The notes below the pieces were generated by a model. That model saw only the letters and a list, made by a program, of their open reading frames with translations. It was not told the DNA's origin and made no database searches. From an uncultured Pelagibacteraceae bacterium (lineage in GTDB: Bacteria; Pseudomonadota; Alphaproteobacteria; Pelagibacterales; Pelagibacteraceae), in contig CACGED010000004.1 of NCBI GenBank assembly GCA_902571975.1, positions 394 through 64,393 on the forward strand: a stretch of DNA of 64,000 nucleotides, given 5' to 3'. Below are positions 42,298 through 52,685 of this stretch, piece after piece (position 1 is the first letter of the stretch; every line of letters starts with the position of its first letter). Made by a program: the position numbers and the translations under genes.

Positions 42298-42741
42298 TTA
42301 ATGGCAGGCCTGATTATGCTTCTTAAGTCTCCAATAGTTATATGGCCAAGGAGTAACAAATCCAACTGCTAACATTATAGGAACTACCCACCAAGTAAGC
42401 ATTGCGCCACCTGTTAAAACATAATCTGTAATATTCATAGCAACTTCCATACTAATCATAGAAATAAAGCTCATGCCTAATGCAGTCTTTAATGCTTTTT
42501 GAAAAGTAAAATTTTGTTTAATTAAAATAAATGTCTCTAATATTACACTTGTAATCAAACCATTAATAATAGCTAAAATCATAATACTTAAAACTGGGAA
42601 TGGAATTTTAGTTAATTGAAAAAATAGTATAGTTCCAAAATCACCAATGGCACAACCCAACAAGCACCAAGCAGTATTCTTAGCACTTTTTCTCCAAGTA
42701 TGTTTACATTTCCAATTAAAACTTATTGCTTCAGCACTCAT
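42298..42741 (-). CDS. DUF4396-type membrane protein
   Basis: T.WCL.GCAIGD, SFISMISME, PWPYNYW. Confidence 0.75.
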   Translation of the reverse strand: MSAEAISFNWKCKHTWRKSAKNTAWCLLGCAIGDFGTILFFQLTKIPFPVLSIMILAIINGLITSVILETFILIKQNFTFQKALKTALGMSFISMISMEVAMNITDYVLTGGAMLTWWVVPIMLAVGFVTPWPYNYWRLKKHNQACH

Positions 42742-42753
42742 TTTTTCAACTTT

Positions 42754-42822
42754 TTAAAGGATATATTTATCGCCAAGATACATTGCAAAGGCAATCGCAG
42801 CACCTAATAAAATATATTTCAT
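42754..42822 (-). CDS. Putative 22-aa hydrophobic micropeptide
   Basis: MKYILLGAAIAFAMYLGDKYIL, co-oriented with and 12 bp upstream of the DUF4396 gene. Confidence 0.35.
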   Translation of the reverse strand: MKYILLGAAIAFAMYLGDKYIL

Positions 42823-42931
42823 ATATTAGACTTATACCTAAAATAATCTGTGTTTAAAATGTGATATTTTTTCATAATCGTAACGAAATTAGAACCCAAT
42901 TATAACAAATCGATATCATAGAAATAGAATC

Positions 42932-43072
42932 ATGAGATTATCATTATTCTTTTTTCTTCATTTAGTTGCTTTCGTGATCCTCTTAATTGTCCATCCACAT
43001 GCTCGTGCAAATGATGGATGGACAATTGAAAAACATAATCAAAACCTAACCAATATAAATTGTAAAAACTAA
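42932..43072 (+). CDS. Putative 46-aa secreted peptide
   Basis: MRLSLFFFLHLVAFVILLIVHPHARA-NDGWTIEKHNQNLTNINCKN; AxA signal-peptidase site. Confidence 0.4.
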   Translation: MRLSLFFFLHLVAFVILLIVHPHARANDGWTIEKHNQNLTNINCKN

Positions 43073-43137
43073 TTATGTTTGTTGGAATGGAAGCATTATT
43101 AATACTAAGTCTTTTAGGAATTATTTTTTAGTTAATT

Positions 43138-45189
43138 TTATTGTCCTAATGCTTCCTTAGCAGAGTCTACAGTATAATTTGTTCCATATTGTTCATTGTA
43201 AGCCTTAACAGCATCGGCAAAACTTGAGTATCCAAGTCCTTGTGCTGCAGCTTCTAAATTTGTTGAAACACCAACATTTGCCGCTGCAACAATACTATCT
43301 GCAACCGTGCTTAAATCTGTTCCTAAATCCTTAGCTATAGATGCAGCATCAAATGATCCAAGTTGATTTATTAAATCTACACCTCTAGTTACATCTCCCC
43401 AGGTTGATGATCCTTCCAAGTATTGTGATGATTCCCAAGATGCTGCATACTCCTTTGCAGACATATTAGTTCCATACAATTCATTAACTGTTTGAGTAAG
43501 ATCATCAAAATTATTTAATTCTATACCAAGTGAATTTCCTACTAACTGACTATAATTATTTAAAGAAATGCTAAAATCTTGTGATAACCATGAATCTATA
43601 TCAAATGAACCACTCTCTTTAATTTCTTGAGCAATATCTTGAATATTTTGATTTATATTATCACTTATTGCATTTTTTAAATCAGGATTATCAATTAGAG
43701 ATTTAAATGAATTATAAGCAAGTTGTGCTTTGATATCTTTCACGTTTTCATCTGTAAATTCAATAATATTTCCAGCACTGTCTTTAATTTCGCTTGGTAA
43801 TTCACCTCGCCAAGAATTAGCCCAATCTTTCATGGCCCATCTTTTCATGTTGTCCAAAGTATCAAAAGACATAGATATCGATTTAACTTCAAAACCATCG
43901 TTTTCTAATTTATTTAAGCTCGTATCTAAATCAAATCCATTTGTTTCTAAATTTAATATAGCTTTCTGAGTATCTTCAGAATCAATTTTTTTTCTAATTT
44001 TTAATTTAGATGTTATTAAAGCTAATGTTGCTTGATCTTCTTCTTTCAATTCATCTAAATTTAAATCATCCATATTTTGTGAATATTTTTTTTTTATTAC
44101 TTTTGGTTCGAATTCTTTTAAAATTGATAAATTGACATCAATTGCATTAATAATTACATTCAATTCTTTTGATGAGCAATTAGGTTTACATGCATCATAA
44201 TAATCCATTGATTTAAGAAATATATCGTTGAGAGAGGAATATAAATCCTTTGATTTATGATTTGATTTTGAAATATTTTTAAAAGATTTTTTTATATATT
44301 TTACGTTTTTATTTAATTGCTTTTTAAAATCCTTATCATCAATTCTTTTTTCACTTTTTTCTGAAAAAGTTTTTTTTAAATTTCCATAATATTTTTTGAA
44401 TTTGGAGTTTTCATTTTTTAATTTTTTTTCCTCTTTAGAAAGTGTGTGTGTAATTTTTTTTGCGGGCTTTAAAAAATTATGCATAAACATATATCTATCT
44501 AAAGCCTCATCGAGTGTATTATCCTTGTTTAAAGACATGGCCTCCCTCATTGATTTTTTTGCATTATTTAATGAATACAGCGTTTTAATGTCTTTTTTTG
44601 TTTTCCAATTGATATTTGGATAATTATTTTTAAATTTTTCTATCGACTTTTCTTTATCTTTAAGTTCATAATTATAAAAGACCTCAAAATAAGCCATTGC
44701 TTTCATCATGTTCTCTGGATATTTTTCAAGTAATTTCGGTTTTTGGACAAAAGTCGTATACATTCTCATCATAGCGTCTTTAGCGGTATTTTTAGGTGAT
44801 CCTATAGCTTTAAACAATCCATCAGGATATTTGTCTATTTTTACATAAGTTCCAAGTTGATTAAATTCCTGAAGTGAAACATATGTTTTTGTTAAATCAA
44901 AATCTTTTGCTTCTTCATTGACTTCCTCTTTTGAAAAATTTTCTTTTTTAATTTTTTTATCTGGCTCTACTTTTTTAGTATCGTTGCTAGTTACTTTGCT
45001 CTCTGATTTTAAAATAATTGATTTTGCTTTAGAAAATTCTTCCTTCGTGATAGCACCCTGTTTGTAAAGATTATTTAATGATGTGAGTTCTTCAACAATA
45101 TTGGAATAACTTAAATTACAAATACTTAAAAAAATAAAAGTTATAAAAAAAAGCTTACTAGCTTTTTTGTAATTGATAAATTGATACAT
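43138..45189 (-). CDS. Large exported SHOCT-domain protein
   Basis: Signal peptide, then EELTSLNNLYKQGAITKEEFSKAKSIIL (SHOCT), helical body. Confidence 0.7.
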   Translation of the reverse strand: MYQFINYKKASKLFFITFIFLSICNLSYSNIVEELTSLNNLYKQGAITKEEFSKAKSIILKSESKVTSNDTKKVEPDKKIKKENFSKEEVNEEAKDFDLTKTYVSLQEFNQLGTYVKIDKYPDGLFKAIGSPKNTAKDAMMRMYTTFVQKPKLLEKYPENMMKAMAYFEVFYNYELKDKEKSIEKFKNNYPNINWKTKKDIKTLYSLNNAKKSMREAMSLNKDNTLDEALDRYMFMHNFLKPAKKITHTLSKEEKKLKNENSKFKKYYGNLKKTFSEKSEKRIDDKDFKKQLNKNVKYIKKSFKNISKSNHKSKDLYSSLNDIFLKSMDYYDACKPNCSSKELNVIINAIDVNLSILKEFEPKVIKKKYSQNMDDLNLDELKEEDQATLALITSKLKIRKKIDSEDTQKAILNLETNGFDLDTSLNKLENDGFEVKSISMSFDTLDNMKRWAMKDWANSWRGELPSEIKDSAGNIIEFTDENVKDIKAQLAYNSFKSLIDNPDLKNAISDNINQNIQDIAQEIKESGSFDIDSWLSQDFSISLNNYSQLVGNSLGIELNNFDDLTQTVNELYGTNMSAKEYAASWESSQYLEGSSTWGDVTRGVDLINQLGSFDAASIAKDLGTDLSTVADSIVAAANVGVSTNLEAAAQGLGYSSFADAVKAYNEQYGTNYTVDSAKEALGQ

Positions 45190-46054
45190 AATGCTTTTTT
45201 TTAGGAAGTGGAATTATTACAGGCACATCCGTACATCGAGGTACTATTGATTTTTTTCCATAAATAATATTTGCTTCATAGTTTTCAAAGTTTGATTCTG
45301 GGTGAGGATTTCCATCATTAATTATTGGCCATGCATCGCAAGCTCTATAACCGAATAATATTAGTGGTCTTGATCCATTAGTATGATTTAAGCCTGAACC
45401 ATGAATTGTTCTGCAATGAAAGAAAGCAACCGAACCCGCTTTACCTGTTAAAGAAACTGATTTTTTTAAGTTAATCTTATTTTTTTTAGTATTAATTTTG
45501 CCCACAAAGAAATTTTCATTGCTATGATGGCTAAATAGTTCTTTTTTATGTGAACCTTTAATTACTTTTAATGGACCATTTATTTCGTAACAATCTTCTA
45601 GATAAATACCTACTGTAATTAAATCGTCATTTGTGTGTGGATAAAAAGCAAAATCCTGATGCCATTCAACTAAACTACCCTTTTTCTTATTAGGTAATTT
45701 AAAATTTAATTTTCCGAGATGAAATCTTACTGTTCCACCAATTAGTTTTTTAACAATATTAATTATTTTTTTATTTCTTGATAAATCATAAAATAATTTA
45801 TTGTTATTTTGGGGGTTATTTAATCTAAGTATTTCTTTATTTTTTGAAGAGTTGCTATTGAATACAAAGTGATAATTGTTATAGCTTTGTGTACCACCTT
45901 GATCTTTAACCTTTTTTCTACTTTTTTTTTCTTTTGTTACAATTTTAATAATTAAATCATTTAACTTATTGATATTTTTCTTTGAAATAAGTTCATTTTT
46001 TAATAAGTAGCCATTCTTTTTGTAGAAATTACTTTCTGATGTAGTGATACTCAT
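45158..46054 (-). CDS. Phytanoyl-CoA dioxygenase (PhyH) family Fe(II)/2OG oxygenase
   Basis: KLNFKLP, WHQD, NGPL..IKGSH, AGS..FFHCRTIHGS..N. Confidence 0.9.
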   Translation of the reverse strand: MSITTSESNFYKKNGYLLKNELISKKNINKLNDLIIKIVTKEKKSRKKVKDQGGTQSYNNYHFVFNSNSSKNKEILRLNNPQNNNKLFYDLSRNKKIINIVKKLIGGTVRFHLGKLNFKLPNKKKGSLVEWHQDFAFYPHTNDDLITVGIYLEDCYEINGPLKVIKGSHKKELFSHHSNENFFVGKINTKKNKINLKKSVSLTGKAGSVAFFHCRTIHGSGLNHTNGSRPLILFGYRACDAWPIINDGNPHPESNFENYEANIIYGKKSIVPRCTDVPVIIPLPKKKHYVSIYQLQKS

Positions 46055-46063
46055 GAGTAAATT

Positions 46064-46375
46064 TTATAGCAAAAATATAATAATCCAATACGAAAATAGC
46101 CCAGATATTATTGTAGCTATTACATTTCTTGAAAAATAACCAACTAGAATAGCAACTATTGCACCAAAAATTTTAGGATCATTCATTTCAATAAAGGTTC
46201 CATAATCGTTGATAAATATTCCAGGAAATATTATTGCTGGAAACACGGCTGATGGCACATACGCTAAAACTGCTTTTACTCTTTCTCCTAACAGATCCCT
46301 GTCTACTAAAGCAACCATAGTCATTCTCATACAATAAGTAATTATCCCTGCAATTATAATTGTAAACCAAGTCAT
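46064..46375 (-). CDS. azlD: AzlD-family branched-chain amino acid transporter small subunit
   Basis: TY.MR...L.YVP.AV..AII.P; paired with azlC. Confidence 0.75.
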   Translation of the reverse strand: MTWFTIIIAGIITYCMRMTMVALVDRDLLGERVKAVLAYVPSAVFPAIIFPGIFINDYGTFIEMNDPKIFGAIVAILVGYFSRNVIATIISGLFSYWIIIFLL

Positions 46376-47058
46376 TTTTTTAATCTCAAAACTAATGCAG
46401 CAACAAACAATGCAATAATAGGTGAAATAATTATGTAGGATTTAAAAGGTGCATCAAAAAATAATAAAGAACTTAATCCACAAGTAATCATAACTATTAC
46501 ATGATCTAATTTTTTAATATCTTGAACAACAATTGCGATAAAAGTTAAAGGAACTGCAAATTTCAATCCTAATTCCTCAGGTACAAATGAGCCGAGAATT
46601 ATTCCAGCTAATGTAGATATCTGCCAACAAACCCATAAGGTTCCACCACTTCCTAATAAATGATAATGAAGATGTGTTTCATTTCTATTTTTTTGAAAGA
46701 ATTTATTAGATTCTGCAAACCCTTGGTCCACAACCAAGTAAGATATCAAAAGCTTTTTGATAAATGATAATTTTTCTAAATATTCAGATAAAACAGCCCC
46801 ATATAATAAGTGTCTTGAATTAATTACTCCAACTGAAGTTACTGCAATTAATGCGGAAGCTCCTCCAGAAAGAAGTTGCAAAAAGACAATTTGAGACGCA
46901 CCACCAAAAATAATGATAGACATTGCATAAACTAATACTGGACTAAAACCTAACTCAATACCAATTGCTCCACATACAATTCCAAAAGGAATTACTGAGA
47001 ACATATGCGGTGCTACAGCCAATATTCCTTTAGAAAATATTTGTTTTTTAGAGAGCAT
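46372..47058 (-). CDS. azlC: AzlC-family permease
   Basis: MSIIIFGGASQ, NSRHLLYG, W..WQ..T..G. Confidence 0.85.
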   Translation of the reverse strand: MLSKKQIFSKGILAVAPHMFSVIPFGIVCGAIGIELGFSPVLVYAMSIIIFGGASQIVFLQLLSGGASALIAVTSVGVINSRHLLYGAVLSEYLEKLSFIKKLLISYLVVDQGFAESNKFFQKNRNETHLHYHLLGSGGTLWVCWQISTLAGIILGSFVPEELGLKFAVPLTFIAIVVQDIKKLDHVIVMITCGLSSLLFFDAPFKSYIIISPIIALFVAALVLRLKK

Positions 47059-47466
47059 TTACTTAACTGGTTGTAGAGCTATTTTTAGGTATTTTACGTC
47101 TAACTTACAATCTTTGTATCCTCGTTTAACAACATTTAAATATCTTTCAGTTGGATATCTAAATTCTGTTTTATTAACCATGATATAAGTCATCACTATT
47201 TTATTGTAATAAGTAAAATAAAGTTTTTTATAAAGAATTGGATAATCTTCATAGACATCAAGTTTTTTTTCATCACTTTTTGATATTTCAAATAAAGCAC
47301 CAGGAACTAAAGAATTTTTGCTTTTTTCAATGTCAGCAGCTCTATATTTGCTTCTAAAGTTTAATCTATAGCCTTTAAGTTCGTATTTTTTTAAGAAAAC
47401 AGAGTCTTTACATCTCCGCTTCATTTGAAAAAGGTTAAGATTACTTCCGTAAGCAAAGTATAACAT
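47059..47466 (-). CDS. Gamma-glutamylcyclotransferase family protein
   Basis: YFAYGSNL, LDVYE.YP..Y. Confidence 0.85.
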   Translation of the reverse strand: MLYFAYGSNLNLFQMKRRCKDSVFLKKYELKGYRLNFRSKYRAADIEKSKNSLVPGALFEISKSDEKKLDVYEDYPILYKKLYFTYYNKIVMTYIMVNKTEFRYPTERYLNVVKRGYKDCKLDVKYLKIALQPVK

Positions 47467-48218
47467 TACTCTAATTCAACTATTTTAATATTTTTTGCTT
47501 TTACAAATTCAAGGATTAATGAGTTACATAGGTTTATTTTGTCTTGATCTTTTGATCTTAATACAATTGATACACCTAATTTACCTTGTCTAAAAAAAGG
47601 ATAACTACCAATTTCTACATCTTTGTTATTATCTTGAACATCAGTTAATGAACTTGCTATTTCACTTTCATAGGTCATCAAATTTATTGTCTTACTAAGA
47701 ATTGGATCGCCACCTACTAATACGTTGCCAAGTCCACCAATCATTGCTTTTAATATTGATGGAACACCTGGAAGAGAAAACACATTCTCTACATAGAAGC
47801 CTGGGGCACCACTAGTTGGATTTAAAATTAAATTAGCTGTAACTGGCATCTTTGCCATTTTTTGTCTACCATCGTTAAAATTACCTGGTTCATAATATTT
47901 TTCTAAAATTGCAAATGCCTCTTTATGAAATCCATATTCAATATTAAAAGCTTTTGATATCGACTCTGCGGTTATGTCATCGTGAGTAGGGCCAATACCA
48001 CCTGTTGTAAACACATAGTTGTATTTAACTCTTAATTCATGAACTGTATCAATTATTGTTTTTTCCACATCTGGAATTACTCTTACCTCTCCAACAGAAA
48101 TTCCCAAAGAATTAAGCCAAGTAGCTAGTGTGCTTGTGTTCAAATCTTTTGTTCTGCCAGATAAAACCTCATTACCTATAATGATAATTGCTGCAGATAT
48201 TTCTTTTTTATTAGTCAT
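47466..48218 (-). CDS. Molybdopterin-binding / CinA N-terminal-like protein (start MTNKKE at 48218)
   Basis: IIIGNEVLSGRTKDLN, TTGGIGPTHDDIT, LPGVP. Confidence 0.85.
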   Translation of the reverse strand: MTNKKEISAAIIIIGNEVLSGRTKDLNTSTLATWLNSLGISVGEVRVIPDVEKTIIDTVHELRVKYNYVFTTGGIGPTHDDITAESISKAFNIEYGFHKEAFAILEKYYEPGNFNDGRQKMAKMPVTANLILNPTSGAPGFYVENVFSLPGVPSILKAMIGGLGNVLVGGDPILSKTINLMTYESEIASSLTDVQDNNKDVEIGSYPFFRQGKLGVSIVLRSKDQDKINLCNSLILEFVKAKNIKIVELE

Positions 48219-48240
48219 TTCTAAATATAAATAAAATTCT

Positions 48241-48927
48241 ATGAAATTTACCAACACTTTATTAAAAGGCAAATTACAACGGAGATATAAGAGATTTTTC
48301 ACAGATATAGAAGTAAATAATAAAACTGTTGTAGCACATTGTCCAAATACAGGCTCTATGATGGGTTTATTGGATCAAGGAAATGAAGCTTGGATAAGCG
48401 AACACAATGATCCAAAGCGTAAATTAAAATTTACTCTAGAGATGATAAAAGTAAAAAAAAGAATAATTGGGGTAAATACTCATAGAGCAAATAGAATTGT
48501 CGAACATGCTTTAGAAAATAAATTAATAAAAGAATTTAGTACAATTAAAAATATACGAGCTGAATTTAAGTATTCTGATGATACTAGATTTGACTTTTTG
48601 TGTGATAAAAAAATATTAGAAGTAAAAAATACAACATTAATGAGGGAGGATGATATAGCAGAATTTCCGGATGCTGTTACTTCTAGGGGTACAAAACACC
48701 TTCAAAAGTTAAAAGAATCAATTAAAAAAGGATATAAACCTTATGTCTTATTTTTAACTCAAATTCAGGGTATAAATAATTTTAGAATAGCAAAAGATAT
48801 AGACTCTACTTATTATAAAGAATATTTAGATGCTAAAAAATCTGGTGTAAGCTTTCTTGCTTACAGATGCAATTTAAATTCTAAAGAAATTAAAATTGAA
48901 AAAAAAATAAAAATTATAGATGAGTAA
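48241..48927 (+). CDS. sfsA: SfsA-family nuclease (sugar fermentation stimulation protein)
   Basis: RRYKRF, AHCPNTGSM, EVK, FPDAVTSRGTKHL. Confidence 0.93.
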   Translation: MKFTNTLLKGKLQRRYKRFFTDIEVNNKTVVAHCPNTGSMMGLLDQGNEAWISEHNDPKRKLKFTLEMIKVKKRIIGVNTHRANRIVEHALENKLIKEFSTIKNIRAEFKYSDDTRFDFLCDKKILEVKNTTLMREDDIAEFPDAVTSRGTKHLQKLKESIKKGYKPYVLFLTQIQGINNFRIAKDIDSTYYKEYLDAKKSGVSFLAYRCNLNSKEIKIEKKIKIIDE

Positions 48928-49690
48928 TTATTCAGAAAAATTTGAAAAAATGAGAATTGCTGGGAAGCTTGCATCTAGAACTTTAGACATGCTCACAGAT
49001 GAAGTTAAGGAAGGTATTACAACAGACAAAATCGATCAATTAGGTTATGAGTTTATAAGAGACAATGGTGGACACTCTGCTCCACTATACTACAGGGGTT
49101 TTAAAAAATCTTTATGTACATCTTTAAACCATGTTGTTTGTCATGGCATTCCCTCTGATAGAGTTTTGAATGAGGGAGATACTGTTAATATAGATGTAAC
49201 AGCAATAGTTAATGAGTACTACGGTGACACCAGCAGAATGTTTACCATTGGAGATATTCCAGTAAAAGCTAAAAACTTAATAGAAACAACTTACGAGTCT
49301 ATGATGAAAGGAATTAAAATTTTAAAACCAGGAGTAAAATTAGGAGACATAGGCTATGAAATTCAATCCTTTGTTGAAGAAAGAGGTTTTTCAGTTGTTA
49401 GAGATTTTTGTGGTCATGGCATTAGTAATACTTTTCATGAGCAACCTAATATTCTTCATTATGGTAAAAAAAATACAGGTCATGAACTAACACCTGGTAT
49501 GACCTTTACAATAGAACCGATGATAAATGTAGGTAAATTAGATGTAAAAGTCCTTAATGATGGATGGACAGCAGTGACAAAGGATAAGTCTTTATCAGCA
49601 CAATTTGAGCATACAATAGGAATTACAGAAGACTCTTATGAAATTTTCACAGAATCTGTTAAAGGTTATAAGAGGCCTCCATATAATTAA
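48920..49690 (+). CDS. map: Methionine aminopeptidase type I
   Basis: CTSLNHVVCHGIP, GDTSRMF, GHGI, FTIEPMIN, SAQFEHT. Confidence 0.97.
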   Translation: MSNYSEKFEKMRIAGKLASRTLDMLTDEVKEGITTDKIDQLGYEFIRDNGGHSAPLYYRGFKKSLCTSLNHVVCHGIPSDRVLNEGDTVNIDVTAIVNEYYGDTSRMFTIGDIPVKAKNLIETTYESMMKGIKILKPGVKLGDIGYEIQSFVEERGFSVVRDFCGHGISNTFHEQPNILHYGKKNTGHELTPGMTFTIEPMINVGKLDVKVLNDGWTAVTKDKSLSAQFEHTIGITEDSYEIFTESVKGYKRPPYN

Positions 49691-50982
49691 TGATAACAAG
49701 ATACTCTAGAAAAGAACTTACGGATATCTGGTCGGAATATAATAAATATCAAATCTGGTTAGATGTCGAGATTGCTGCAGCTGAAGGAATGGAAAAACAA
49801 GGGACTATTCCAAAAGGTGTGGCAAGTGCTGTTAGAAAAAAAGCTAAAATTAATGTTAAAAGAATTCATACTATTGAAGCGAAAGTAAAACACGATGTTA
49901 TAGCTTTCTTAACCTCAGTTACCGAAAAAGTAGGTATTAAAGCAAGATATTTACACCAAGGAATGACCTCATCAGATGTAGTAGATACAAGTTTTAATAT
50001 TCAATTAGTTCAATCTGGTAAAATTTTAATAAAAGATATTGATCAAATTTTAAAAGTCTTAAAATCTAAAGCTAAAAAATATAAATTCACACCATGTATG
50101 GGCCGAAGTCATGGTATTCATGCTGAACCAATTACATTTGGACTTAAATTAGCTTCATATTATGAGGAATTTAAAAGAAATAGAAAAAGATTAATTAGTG
50201 CAATAGATGAAATATCAACTTGCGCAATATCTGGTGCTGTTGGAACATTTGCAAATATTAATCCTAATGTAGAAAAACATGTTGCTAAAAGATTAGGATT
50301 AAAAGTTGAACCAATATCTACACAAGTTATTCCAAGAGATAGACATGCACATTATTTTTCGATTTTAGGTATTATAGCTGGATCAATTGAAAGAGTTTCA
50401 ACAGAAATTAGACACTTACAAAGAACAGAAGTTTATGAATTACAGGAATTTTTTTCAAAAAAACAAAAAGGCTCAAGTGCAATGCCACATAAAAAAAACC
50501 CAATATTAAGTGAAAACTTAACGGGACTTGCTAGAATGGTTAGAAGTTATACTATTCCAGCACTAGAAAATATTGCTCTTTGGCATGAAAGAGATATTTC
50601 ACATTCAAGTGTAGAAAGAAATATTGGTCCAGATGCGAATATAACTTTAGATTTTGCATTAGTAAGGTTAGCAAACTTATTAGATAAGATGATCGTCTAT
50701 CCAAAAAAAATGCTTAATAACCTTAATATTACTAAAGGTACTATTTTCTCCCAAGAGTTGATGTTAGAACTAACAAAATCAGGTTTGACTAGAGAAAACT
50801 CTTATAGATTAGTTCAAGCACATGCCAAAAAATGCATAGCAGATAATCTTAATCTTTTAGATGTTGTGATGAGTGATAAAAACATTACATCTAGAATATC
50901 AAGTAAGAAAATGAAAAAAATATTTGATTATTCTTCACACTTTAAGAATGTTAATTTAATTTTTAATAGGGTCTTTAAATAA
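49690..50982 (+). CDS. purB: Adenylosuccinate lyase
   Basis: GRSHGIHAEP, GSSAMPHKKNP. Confidence 0.97.
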   Translation: MITRYSRKELTDIWSEYNKYQIWLDVEIAAAEGMEKQGTIPKGVASAVRKKAKINVKRIHTIEAKVKHDVIAFLTSVTEKVGIKARYLHQGMTSSDVVDTSFNIQLVQSGKILIKDIDQILKVLKSKAKKYKFTPCMGRSHGIHAEPITFGLKLASYYEEFKRNRKRLISAIDEISTCAISGAVGTFANINPNVEKHVAKRLGLKVEPISTQVIPRDRHAHYFSILGIIAGSIERVSTEIRHLQRTEVYELQEFFSKKQKGSSAMPHKKNPILSENLTGLARMVRSYTIPALENIALWHERDISHSSVERNIGPDANITLDFALVRLANLLDKMIVYPKKMLNNLNITKGTIFSQELMLELTKSGLTRENSYRLVQAHAKKCIADNLNLLDVVMSDKNITSRISSKKMKKIFDYSSHFKNVNLIFNRVFK

Positions 50983-51767
50983 TGAAAAAAGGCAAAAAGT
51001 TATACGAAGGTAAAGCTAAAATAATCTATGCTAGCAATGATAAAAATTTAGTAATTCAACATTTCAAAGATGATGCAACCGCTTTTAATAATCAAAAAAA
51101 AGATGTCATTGAAGGTAAAGGAATTTTAAATAATAGAATTTCAGAACATATTCTTACTCAATTAAACAATGTTGGAATAAAAAACCATTTAGTAAAAAGA
51201 CTTAATATGAGAGAACAACTTGTTAAGTTAGTGGAAATTATTCCAATTGAATTTGTTGTTAGAAATATTGCAACAGGTTCTTTAACGAAAAGATTGGGTA
51301 TAGAGGATGGAACAGTGCTTGATTATCCACTAGTTGAATATTGCCTAAAAAATGATGATCTAGGAGATCCCCTTGTAAGCAGAGAACATATTTTAGCATT
51401 TAAATGGATGGATGTTTTCGAATTAGATTTTATTTACGAAGAAGTAAGAAGAATAAATGATTTTCTTCAAGGTATGTTCAGAGGTGTTGGAATTAAATTA
51501 GTGGATTTTAAAGTTGAATTTGGGAGATTTGAAACTGATGGTAAAAGAGAAATTATGTTAGCCGATGAAATTAGTCCCGACACTTGCAGACTTTGGGATA
51601 TGAGAACAGATAAAAAACTAGACAAAGACAGATTTAGAAATAACCTTGGAAACTTAGTTGAAGCTTATCAAGAGGTGGCAATTAGGCTTAATATATTACA
51701 CGAACAATCAAATATAAGACCGTTAACTTACCCTAAACCTAAAGCAGTAAAAATTAAGAAAAAATGA
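50982..51767 (+). CDS. purC: SAICAR synthetase
   Basis: LYEGKAK, FKDDATAFN, DFKVEFG, LADEISPDTCRLWD. Confidence 0.97.
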   Translation: MKKGKKLYEGKAKIIYASNDKNLVIQHFKDDATAFNNQKKDVIEGKGILNNRISEHILTQLNNVGIKNHLVKRLNMREQLVKLVEIIPIEFVVRNIATGSLTKRLGIEDGTVLDYPLVEYCLKNDDLGDPLVSREHILAFKWMDVFELDFIYEEVRRINDFLQGMFRGVGIKLVDFKVEFGRFETDGKREIMLADEISPDTCRLWDMRTDKKLDKDRFRNNLGNLVEAYQEVAIRLNILHEQSNIRPLTYPKPKAVKIKKK

Positions 51768-51997
51768 AAGTAAAAGTAATAGTCACTTTAAAAAATGGAG
51801 TGCTTGATCCTCAAGGTAAGGCTATACAACAAACTCTAAATGGTATGACGTTTGAAAATGTATCAGAAGTTAGGCAAGGTAAATTCTTTGACATCAAAGT
51901 AAATGAGAGTGATGAAAATAAAGCTAAATCACAAGTAGAAGAAATGTGTAAGAAGCTTTTAGCAAACCTAGTTATTGAGGATTATAAAATCTTGTAA
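51764..51997 (+). CDS. purS: FGAM synthase subunit PurS
   Basis: VLDPQG, VRQGK, LLANLVIEDY. Confidence 0.96.
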   Translation: MKVKVIVTLKNGVLDPQGKAIQQTLNGMTFENVSEVRQGKFFDIKVNESDENKAKSQVEEMCKKLLANLVIEDYKIL

Positions 51998-52004
51998 CTA
52001 CTGA

Positions 52005-52685
52005 ATGAAATCATCTGTAATAATATTCCCTGGCTCAAATTGTGATAGAGATATGGATGTAGCTCTTAAAAAATTTGGGTTTAAAAATCAAATGGTTTGG
52101 CACCACGATTCTGAAATTCCCAAAAGTGATTTAATTGTACTGCCTGGAGGTTTCTCTTATGGTGATTACCTTAGGTGTGGGAGCATTGCTAGTAAATCAA
52201 GAATAATAAAATCTGTAATTGATTTTGCAAACTCTGGAGGATTAGTGCTTGGTATCTGCAATGGTTTTCAAATACTGACTGAAACAGGCTTACTTCCTGG
52301 AATACTTCAACAAAATAAATACCTAAACTTTATTTGTAAAAATGTTTTTGTGAAAATTAAAAATAAAGAAAATAAATATTTTAAAAATATTAAAAAAGAA
52401 GTTTTAGAACTTCATATTGCTCATAACGAGGGAAATTTCTTTTGTTCAAATGATGAATTAAAATCAATAGAAGATAATAGACAAATAGCGGTTACCTATT
52501 GTGACGATAAAGGAAATGATAGCGAACATAATAATCCTAATGGGGCTATTAAAAATATAGCTGGGATATTCAATAAAGATAAAAATATTTTGGGAATGAT
52601 GCCTCATCCAGAAAGAATGATTGATCCTTTTCTTTCGGGTGAAGACGGATCACTTTTTTTTGAAAATTTAATAGGTAGCATGTAA
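52005..52685 (+). CDS. purQ: FGAM synthase glutaminase subunit PurQ
   Basis: [32 protein letters not shown]. Confidence 0.97.
   Translation: MKSSVIIFPGSNCDRDMDVALKKFGFKNQMVWHHDSEIPKSDLIVLPGGFSYGDYLRCGSIASKSRIIKSVIDFANSGGLVLGICNGFQILTETGLLPGILQQNKYLNFICKNVFVKIKNKENKYFKNIKKEVLELHIAHNEGNFFCSNDELKSIEDNRQIAVTYCDDKGNDSEHNNPNGAIKNIAGIFNKDKNILGMMPHPERMIDPFLSGEDGSLFFENLIGSM

Noticed and set aside
48219-48302. Extended start of the CinA-like ORF overlapping sfsA
   Set aside because: The conserved domain begins after ATG 48218; the extension would overlap the divergent sfsA start
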